A DNA stretch of 64,000 bases from Oscillospiraceae bacterium (lineage in GTDB: Bacteria; Bacillota; Clostridia; Oscillospirales; Ruminococcaceae). The notes beneath the pieces were generated by a model, which saw only the letters and a program-made list of their open reading frames with translations, was not told where the DNA came from and searched no databases. Both the position numbers and the translations under genes were made by a program. Position 1 is the stretch's first letter. Every line of letters begins with the position of its first letter. This document shows, one piece after another, positions 9,397 to 15,611 of this stretch. The DNA lies in contig JAJQIF010000016.1 of the NCBI GenBank assembly GCA_021199355.1, positions 10,230-74,229 of the forward strand. Reading direction: 5' to 3'.

Positions 9397-9581
9397 AAGA
9401 CACCTCCTTAGTTAATATTCTGCGGGAGCTTCCGCAAGCGGGTTTAACCCGCAGTCAAACTTAGTTGGATACCCGGTGCACGACTGAGAGAAAGTGCGCC
9501 TTGGGGCTAATGACTCCCCGACTATTCAACAAGTAGAATTCATGACCCTTGTGGTCATATAACCACATAGTCACAAGCTAT

Positions 9582-9610
9582 AATATACCACTACTCACTT
9601 GAAAATGCAA
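9582..9610 (-). promoter_or_regulatory. Sigma-A promoter of rpsT (TTGCAT-17-TATATT with TGn extended -10)
   Basis: Read on the minus strand. Implies a ~175-nt 5' leader before rpsT. Confidence 0.5.
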
Positions 9611-9649
9611 GTGTTTTTTTGATTTTTTCTTAAGAAAAGAGGATTTTTT

Positions 9650-10474
9650 ATGATTTTCAAGCCCGAAACGCCGAGAACCGACCTGGCACTCGAGCTTTCA
9701 GACAACCTGCCCGAGGGCGTCGAAGTCAGAAGCGGCACAATCGGCGGCTTCACCGTGACGGATATCAATCTCAAGAGCGAATCCGCCGCACGTTCGGTCG
9801 GCAAATCAGTCGGGCGATATCTGACCCTCGAGCCCCGGGACAGCTTCGAAATGATTCCGTCCAGTGCCGACGAATACTCGATGGGGCTTTCGGAAAAGCT
9901 TCGGGAGCTCTTGGGCGGTGCAAGCTCCGTTTTCGTCGCGGGGCTCGGAAACGAGTGCATCACCCCCGACAGCCTGGGACCGAGGGTGGTTTCGCACATA
10001 TTCGCAACGAGGCATCTCCCGACGGATGCTCCCGACCTCGACACAAGCGGCTTGGGGCTCGTCTCTTGTGCCGCTCCCGGGGTCATGGGTCAGACGGGAA
10101 TCGAGACGTCCGAGTTCTTAGGCTCCCTCATCGGGAAGCTTTCGCCCGACGCCGTGATTGTCATCGACGCCCTCGCCTGTCAGGACCCGAGGCACCTCGG
10201 GCGCACAATTCAGCTCACCGACGCCGGAATCTCCCCGGGGAGCGGCGTTATGAACTCCCGAAGCGAGGTCTCAAAGAGGACGCTCGGCATCCCCTGCATC
10301 GCAATCGGCGTCCCGACCGTCGCCGACGCCGGAACGAGCGGCGAGCCCCTGATGGTCACTCCAAAGAACATCGACAAACTGATTTCGACTTCGGCGATGA
10401 TTATTTCGGGAGGGATAAATAAGTGCTTGCATAAGGGGCTCAGTTTGGGGGAATTGAGGCTGTTGACGGCATAA
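9650..10474 (+). CDS. gpr: Germination protease GPR (spore endopeptidase)
   Basis: 274 aa, N-terminal RTDLALE motif. Synteny next to rpsT, as in Bacilli and Clostridia. Confidence 0.85.
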   Translation: MIFKPETPRTDLALELSDNLPEGVEVRSGTIGGFTVTDINLKSESAARSVGKSVGRYLTLEPRDSFEMIPSSADEYSMGLSEKLRELLGGASSVFVAGLGNECITPDSLGPRVVSHIFATRHLPTDAPDLDTSGLGLVSCAAPGVMGQTGIETSEFLGSLIGKLSPDAVIVIDALACQDPRHLGRTIQLTDAGISPGSGVMNSRSEVSKRTLGIPCIAIGVPTVADAGTSGEPLMVTPKNIDKLISTSAMIISGGINKCLHKGLSLGELRLLTA

Positions 10475-10477
10475 AAA

Positions 10478-10500
10478 CAACCGCCCCATCAGGGCGGTTG
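10478..10500. terminator. Bidirectional terminator hairpin
   Basis: CAACCGCCC-CATCA-GGGCGGTTG between convergent gpr and the lipoprotein gene. Confidence 0.7.
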
Positions 10501-10514
10501 CTAATTTCCGGTTA

Positions 10515-11966
10515 TTAGCTCACCGTTTCCGCATCGGGGTCGTATGCCGCGATGGATTCGTTCAGAGCGTTGATGTAGTAGTCAAGCTGTTCGTTATAGG
10601 TCTCCTTGAGCTGTGCCCATGTTGTGGGCTCCTCGGAATAGGCGTTGCCTTCGTAGCTGTAGAGAACCGCATAGAGCTTGTCGCCGTAGCCTTCGTAGTA
10701 GGTGATGACAACCTTGTCAATCTGAGTTGTGAGGTCGTAGCACTCATCCCACATGTCGAGCATTTCCTGAGTCCACATGTAGGTCTCCTCGAGCTGAATT
10801 CTGTCGATGTCGACAACTGTCGGGTCGAGAACCTTGAATCTCATGCAAGCCGCCAGAAGCGCAACGCCCTCGGGGTTCGAAGCACCGTTTACGATGCAGT
10901 AGCCGTCGGCTGTCGATTCCATGTAGTAAACGCCGTCGCCGTCATCATCTCTGGGAAGCGGAACGAACATGACTTCGCCCTCTTCGATGTCGCCCCAGAC
11001 GGAGTTGACGTTCTCAACCGTGTCGGTGAATTCGGAAGTCTCTGCGATGCAGAAGAGCTGAAGTCCTTCCTTGATACCGCCGCCGGAAACGCCGTTGCGG
11101 ATTGACCAGCTCTTGTTCCAGAGCGGATATACGCACTCGTTCTTGCCGAGGTTATAAAGAAGGTTCGCCGCACGCTCAACGGCAGGTGAATCTATATTAC
11201 TCTCAAACTGCTGTGTTTCGGTGTTATACTGGATTATCATCTCGCCACAGGAGTGCATCAGAGCCGCACTGTAGTACCATCCGTCAAGGGCATATCTGTC
11301 CTCATCGACGTCGGAGAAGTCTACGCACATCTCATAGAATTCGTCCCAGGTCCACTCGTCGTTCCAATAGAGCTCGGCGGGGTCGTCATAACCGAATTCC
11401 TCGATGACTCTTCTGTTGTAAACCACAACGTGACCGAAAGCGTTATCATAAACGATGACATAGGGTCTGTCCTTGAGGGAATAGTAGTCATAGGCGAATT
11501 CCTTCTCGCCTTCCCAAAGCGGGTCGTCATAGTCTATGTAGGTATCGACCGGCTGGAACATGCCCTTGATGCAGTTTGTCGGGAAGACCTCGTTGCCGCC
11601 CGGGTAGAAGTCGGGTGAGCTTGAAGCCAAGATAAGGTTTGCCAGTTCGTCAAAACGTGTATCCCAAGAGCACTCGTACCACTCGATAGAGCAGCCGTAC
11701 TTCTCCTGGAACGTCCAATAGCCTGAATTGATGATTTCATCGTCGGAATAGTTCTGCATATCGTCATACCATGCGAACCAGACGATGGTTGAATTTGCCG
11801 CAGATGTCTCTTCAACAGTCGGAAGATAAACGCCCGCCGCATTAAGGATAGCCTCGGCATCCTGTGTAGCGAAAGTAAGCTGAACTACCTCTTTATTTGC
11901 ACTGCCGCAACCGACCAAAGAAATAATCAGTATTCCGGCAAGAAGAAGCGAAATTACCTTCTTCAT
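10515..11966 (-). CDS. Extracellular solute-binding-like lipoprotein, paralog 1 (orphan, no permease nearby)
   Basis: Start reassigned to ATG 11966 (GGAGGTG SD; MKKVISLLLAGILIISLVGC|GS lipobox). The longer track ORF runs through its own promoter. About 70% identical by eye to 12552-14009. Confidence 0.6.
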   Translation of the reverse strand: MKKVISLLLAGILIISLVGCGSANKEVVQLTFATQDAEAILNAAGVYLPTVEETSAANSTIVWFAWYDDMQNYSDDEIINSGYWTFQEKYGCSIEWYECSWDTRFDELANLILASSSPDFYPGGNEVFPTNCIKGMFQPVDTYIDYDDPLWEGEKEFAYDYYSLKDRPYVIVYDNAFGHVVVYNRRVIEEFGYDDPAELYWNDEWTWDEFYEMCVDFSDVDEDRYALDGWYYSAALMHSCGEMIIQYNTETQQFESNIDSPAVERAANLLYNLGKNECVYPLWNKSWSIRNGVSGGGIKEGLQLFCIAETSEFTDTVENVNSVWGDIEEGEVMFVPLPRDDDGDGVYYMESTADGYCIVNGASNPEGVALLAACMRFKVLDPTVVDIDRIQLEETYMWTQEMLDMWDECYDLTTQIDKVVITYYEGYGDKLYAVLYSYEGNAYSEEPTTWAQLKETYNEQLDYYINALNESIAAYDPDAETVS

Positions 11967-12026
11967 TAAAGCACCTCCAAAAAGAATTTTGCTAAAAAGC
12001 TTGTCTAAAAAAAGCCTGCTTTTTTT

Positions 12027-12055
12027 ATTATACACCTTTTCACAAGCAAATTCAA
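12027..12055 (-). promoter_or_regulatory. Sigma-A promoter of lipoprotein paralog 1 (TTGAAT-17-TATAAT)
   Basis: Minus-strand hexamers with a 17-nt spacer. The homologous sequence is found upstream of paralog 2. Confidence 0.6.
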
Positions 12056-12124
12056 TTCAGCATAATAGACAAGAAACGGGGATTGATTTTGTGCAGGTTG
12101 CACAGAAGAAACCGCTGTATAAGC

Positions 12125-12153
12125 AATAAAAAAGCTGTTGACAAAACAACAGC
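12125..12153 (-). terminator. Terminator of the small-peptide mRNA (locus 1); its stem contains the -35 of the antisense promoter
   Basis: Minus strand GCTGTTG-TTTTGT-CAACAGC followed by TTTTTTATT. Confidence 0.65.
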
Positions 12154-12166
12154 GATGGAGTATAAT
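12138..12166 (+). promoter_or_regulatory. Consensus sigma-A promoter of the antisense RNA (locus 1)
   Basis: TTGACA-17 nt-TATAAT, perfect hexamers. Confidence 0.75.
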
Positions 12167-12172
12167 AAAAGA

Positions 12173-12307
12173 GGTGAGAGGATAGGTTACGGACAAAGTC
12201 CCTAACTTAGCCTGAATTGCAGTTCAGGCGACGGTCACTCTTTCCAATAATCAAAGACCATTAGTTAGAATGCCGCGCTGAATCAATCAGACGCGGTTAT
12301 TTCTTCT
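12173..12307 (+). ncRNA. Candidate type I antitoxin / antisense RNA (locus 1)
   Basis: No ORF. Starts about 7 nt after the -10. Internal hairpins (CCTGAA..TTCAGG). Ends at hairpin 12273-12296 plus TTATTTCTTCT. Complementary to the 3' UTR and last codons of the convergent peptide gene. Confidence 0.55.
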
Positions 12308-12389
12308 GGTTAGAACCCACGGTGTAACCAACAGTAAAGGCAGTCAAGAGCAAAGCTAAGACCTCCAAGATTATAGAAATAATCTCCAT
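12297..12389 (-). CDS. Candidate type I toxin: 30-aa hydrophobic peptide MEIISIILEVLALLLTAFTVGYTVGSNQKK
   Basis: GGAGGTG SD 7 nt upstream of the ATG. Single TM-length helix plus KK tail. Own consensus promoter. Paralog at 53099-53188. Confidence 0.6.
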   Translation of the reverse strand: MEIISIILEVLALLLTAFTVGYTVGSNQKK

Positions 12390-12440
12390 CAGCGTCACCT
12401 CCTCTCACGAGGAAAGAGTAGCCAACCTCTCACTGTCGAC

Positions 12441-12469
12441 ATTATAGCATATAAATTGACAACTGTCAA
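12441..12469 (-). promoter_or_regulatory. Consensus sigma-A promoter of the small-peptide gene (locus 1)
   Basis: Minus strand TTGACA-17 nt-TATAAT. The -35 sits in the palindrome TTGACA-GT-TGTCAA. Confidence 0.75.
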
Positions 12470-12470
12470 C

Positions 12471-12497
12471 AAAAAGCCACCCTTTCGGGTGGCTTTT
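12471..12497 (-). terminator. Terminator of lipoprotein paralog 2
   Basis: GCCACCC-GAAA-GGGTGGC followed by T5 on the minus strand. Confidence 0.8.
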
Positions 12498-12551
12498 CTA
12501 ATACTAAGCGGTTTTTGCGGGAATATCGGGATTACTATCCGGGATAGGCTA

Positions 12552-14009
12552 CTATCCTTCGTAGTCATTCATCTGATACGGGTCGTAGGAATCAATCTGG
12601 GCGTTCAGCTCGGCTACATAGTACTCAAGCTGTTCGTTATACGATTCCTTGATCTGTGCCCATGTGGAGGCATCAGAGGAGTCTGCGATTGACTCGTACT
12701 TCTCGGTTACAGCCTGAAGCTTGTCGCCCAAGCCGGAATCGTAAACGACGATGAGGTTTTCTGCGGACGATGCAAGTCTGTAGCACTCGTCATACATGTC
12801 GAGCATTTCCTGAGTCCAGAGGTAGGTTTCCTCGAGCTGGATACGGTCGATGGAGATAACAGTCGGGTCGAGAACCTTGAATCTCATGCAAGCCGCCAGG
12901 AGCACAACGCCTTCGGGGTTCGAAGCACCCTGAACGATGCAGTAGCCGGAAGCGGCAGACTCGGTGTAGTAGTAGCCGTCGCCGTCGTCATCTCTGGGGA
13001 GAGGAACGAACATGAGCTCGCCATCGGTGACATCGCCGAATACAGCGCTGATTTCCGCAACGGTTCCGGTGAATACCCATGAACCACGGATGTAGAAGAG
13101 AAGAAGTCCTTCCTTCATGCCGCCGCCCTCGGTGCTGTTACGGAGGCTCCAGCCGTTATTCCATCTCGGATAGATGCAGTCGTTCTTATTGAGGTCATAG
13201 AGAAGCTGTGCCGCACGCTCGATAGGCGCAGAATCAACGTTGATTTCATACTGCTGTGTCTCGGTGTTGTAGACAATTATCGTCTCGCCACTCGAGTGCA
13301 TGATACCGTGGTTATAACCCCAACCGTCAAGAGCATATCTGTCCTCGTCAGGGTCGGAGAAGTCAACGCACATCTCATAGAATACGTCCCATGTCCACTC
13401 GTCGTTATAGTAGAGCTCGGCGGGGTCGTCATAGCCCCATTCTTCCATAACTCTGCGGTTATAAGCAACAACGTTGCCGAAGGTGTTATCAAAGATGATT
13501 ATGTAGGGTCTGTTCTTGATTGAGAAGTAGTTGTAAGCATAGTCCTTCTCGTCTGCCCAAAGCGGGTCGTCATAGTCCATGTAGTCGTCAACGGGGACGA
13601 ACATGCCCTTGATACATCTTGTCGGGAAGATTTCGTTATCTCCGGGGTAGAAGTCGGGAGAGTTGGAAGCCAAGATAAGAGTTGCAAGCTCGTCATATCT
13701 TGTTTCCCAAGTGCATTCATCCCACTTGATTGCGCAGCCATACTTCTCCTGGAAGGTCCAGTAGCCGGAATTGATAATTTCATCTTCCGAATAGTTCTGC
13801 ATGCCGTCATACCAAGCGAACCATCTGACTGTGGAGCCAGCCGCCGCAGTTTCCTCTGCATCGGGAAGATAGATACCTGCTGCATTGAGGATGTCTTCAG
13901 CGTCCTGGGTATTGAACGTGAGCTGAACAACCTCACGCGAGGAGCTTCCACAGCCGACCAAAGCGATAATCATTAGCCCTGCCATAAGCATTGCGATGAT
14001 TCTTTTCAT
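12552..14009 (-). CDS. Extracellular solute-binding-like lipoprotein, paralog 2
   Basis: Start reassigned to ATG 14009 (AGGAGG SD; MKRIIAMLMAGLMIIALVGC|GS). Collinear homology with paralogs 1 and 3. Confidence 0.6.
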   Translation of the reverse strand: MKRIIAMLMAGLMIIALVGCGSSSREVVQLTFNTQDAEDILNAAGIYLPDAEETAAAGSTVRWFAWYDGMQNYSEDEIINSGYWTFQEKYGCAIKWDECTWETRYDELATLILASNSPDFYPGDNEIFPTRCIKGMFVPVDDYMDYDDPLWADEKDYAYNYFSIKNRPYIIIFDNTFGNVVAYNRRVMEEWGYDDPAELYYNDEWTWDVFYEMCVDFSDPDEDRYALDGWGYNHGIMHSSGETIIVYNTETQQYEINVDSAPIERAAQLLYDLNKNDCIYPRWNNGWSLRNSTEGGGMKEGLLLFYIRGSWVFTGTVAEISAVFGDVTDGELMFVPLPRDDDGDGYYYTESAASGYCIVQGASNPEGVVLLAACMRFKVLDPTVISIDRIQLEETYLWTQEMLDMYDECYRLASSAENLIVVYDSGLGDKLQAVTEKYESIADSSDASTWAQIKESYNEQLEYYVAELNAQIDSYDPYQMNDYEG

Positions 14010-14059
14010 TACATTACCTCCTGAATACCTGTGTTCCAAGTATATTTTCGTGTTCTTTA

Positions 14060-14088
14060 ATTATACGCCTTTTTCACACCGATTTCAA
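14060..14088 (-). promoter_or_regulatory. Sigma-A promoter of lipoprotein paralog 2 (TTGAAA-17-TATAAT)
   Basis: Minus-strand hexamers, homologous to the paralog 1 promoter region. Confidence 0.6.
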
Positions 14089-14170
14089 CTTGTCATTGTG
14101 CACAATATATGAAGGCTGATTTTGTACATAATGTCCAAGTGGGAAAGGCAACTTGTTACCAAGACGTAAC

Positions 14171-14199
14171 TTGACAATTTCGCCGTCTTAGAGTAATAT
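14171..14199 (+). promoter_or_regulatory. Putative glmM-glmS promoter (TTGACA-17-TAATAT)
   Basis: Hexamer match 36 nt upstream of the glmM ATG. Confidence 0.45.
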
Positions 14200-14234
14200 A
14201 TTATAATAGCATTTCTTTAATAAGGGGACTTGGT

Positions 14235-15608
14235 ATGTCAAGATATTTCGGAACCGATGGGTTTCGTGGCGAGGCTAACGTCGGTCTGACGGCGGAGCAC
14301 GCTTTCAAAGTAGGAAGATTTCTCGGGTGGTATTATTCGGAGCTCAGAAAAAGAGCCGGCGATAACTCTCCCGCTAAAATAGTTATAGGAAAAGACACCC
14401 GGCGCTCGAGCTATATGTTTGAATATTCGCTCGTGGGCGGCTTGGTCGCTTCGGGTGCCGACGCATATCTCTTGCACGTCACGACGACCCCGTCGGTGGC
14501 ATACGTCGTCGGGAGGGAGGATTTCGACTGCGGAATCATGATTTCCGCAAGCCACAACCCCTATTACGACAACGGCATCAAGCTCATCGGCTCGAGGGGC
14601 GAAAAGATGGACGAGGAAGTTATCAGCCTCGTTGAGGATTACCTCGACGGGAAGCTCAATGTTTTCGGCGTTGATTTCCCCGAGATTCCGTTTGCACATA
14701 AAGAGCAAATTGGCAGAACCGTCGACTATATCGAGGGCAGGAACCGCTACATAGGGTATCTTATTTCGCTCGGGATGTTCTCGTTCCGTGGGGTCAAGGT
14801 CGGGCTCGACTGCGCCAACGGTGCGAGCTGGCACATCGCCAAGGCTGTTTTTGACGCTCTCGGCGCCAAGACCTATGCCATCAACACCGAGCCGAACGGC
14901 TTCAACATAAACGACAATGCGGGCTCGACCCATATCGAGGCTCTCCGGAAGCATGTCCTCGAGAACCACCTCGACGTCGGCTTTGCCTATGACGGCGATG
15001 CTGACAGGTGCATAGCCGTCGACGAGAAGGGCGAGGTCGTCACCGGCGACCATATCCTCTATATCTGTGGAAAATACATGCGCTCCCGCGGCGAGCTCGA
15101 AAACAACACAGTCGTCACGACGGTTATGTCTAACATCGGGCTCTACAAGGCGTTTGACCGCGAGGGCATCGACTATGCCAAGACCGCAGTCGGCGACAAA
15201 TATGTGTATGAATACATGAGCCAAAACGGTTGCAGGCTCGGCGGCGAGCAGTCGGGGCACATCATCTTCTCGAAATACGCCGGCACCGGCGACGGAATCC
15301 TGACATCATTAAAACTCATGGAGGTCATGCTTTCCGAGAAGAAGACGCTTTCTCAGCTCTGCGAGGGCTTGCAGATTTACCCGCAGGTATTGGTAAACGT
15401 GAAGGTAAGCGATAAAGAGGCGACTCTCAGCGACCCGAAGGTGAAAGAGGCAATAGAAAAAGCTTCCGAAGCATTGGGCGATTCGGGAAGAATTTTAGTC
15501 AGAGCATCCGGCACAGAGCCCTTGGTCAGGGTAATGGCGGAGGCGGAGACGGAAGAATTGTGCAAGAAATATACGGATGATATAGTATCAGCGATAGAGG
15601 GAGGTTAA
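14235..15608 (+). CDS. glmM: Phosphoglucosamine mutase
   Basis: 457 aa with the active-site loop SASHNPYYDNGIK, FGTDGFRG N-terminus and DGDADR metal loop. Confidence 0.95.
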   Translation: MSRYFGTDGFRGEANVGLTAEHAFKVGRFLGWYYSELRKRAGDNSPAKIVIGKDTRRSSYMFEYSLVGGLVASGADAYLLHVTTTPSVAYVVGREDFDCGIMISASHNPYYDNGIKLIGSRGEKMDEEVISLVEDYLDGKLNVFGVDFPEIPFAHKEQIGRTVDYIEGRNRYIGYLISLGMFSFRGVKVGLDCANGASWHIAKAVFDALGAKTYAINTEPNGFNINDNAGSTHIEALRKHVLENHLDVGFAYDGDADRCIAVDEKGEVVTGDHILYICGKYMRSRGELENNTVVTTVMSNIGLYKAFDREGIDYAKTAVGDKYVYEYMSQNGCRLGGEQSGHIIFSKYAGTGDGILTSLKLMEVMLSEKKTLSQLCEGLQIYPQVLVNVKVSDKEATLSDPKVKEAIEKASEALGDSGRILVRASGTEPLVRVMAEAETEELCKKYTDDIVSAIEGG

Positions 15609-15611
15609 GCT

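Noticed and set aside
9595-9619. Plus-strand hairpin CACTTG..CAAGTG followed by T7, which looks like a terminator upstream of gpr.
   Set aside because: No plus-strand transcription unit ends here. The sequence overlaps the -35 of the minus-strand rpsT promoter, so it is not called as a terminator.
10515-12035. N-terminal extensions given by the ORF track for many genes (ends at 12035, 14039, 21262, 40676, 44602, 45303, 45467, 47452, 48791, 49747, 57885, 58427, 61047, 62842).
   Set aside because: The extensions start at TTG/GTG or at SD-less ATGs, and several contain the gene's own SD or promoter. Downstream ATGs with a proper SD, signal peptide or ATGA coupling were preferred.
14238-15260. 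Long antisense ORFs inside well-supported genes: 14238-15260 (-), 17663-18754 (+), 20138-20905 (+), 29777-30430 (+), 33628-34359 (+), 37180-38383 (+), 39019-39828 (+), 40023-40706 (+), 40896-41783 (+), 50065-50898 (-), 54440-55117 (+), 55451-56104 (+), 61518-62213 (+).
   Set aside because: They lie opposite genes with unambiguous family motifs. They have Arg/Gly/Ser-rich shadow composition and lack SDs, as expected of stop-poor frames in GC-rich coding DNA.
14040-15611. glmS ribozyme.
   Set aside because: glmS starts 4 nt after the glmM stop. The region upstream of glmM contains only promoters and shows no ribozyme core sequence.
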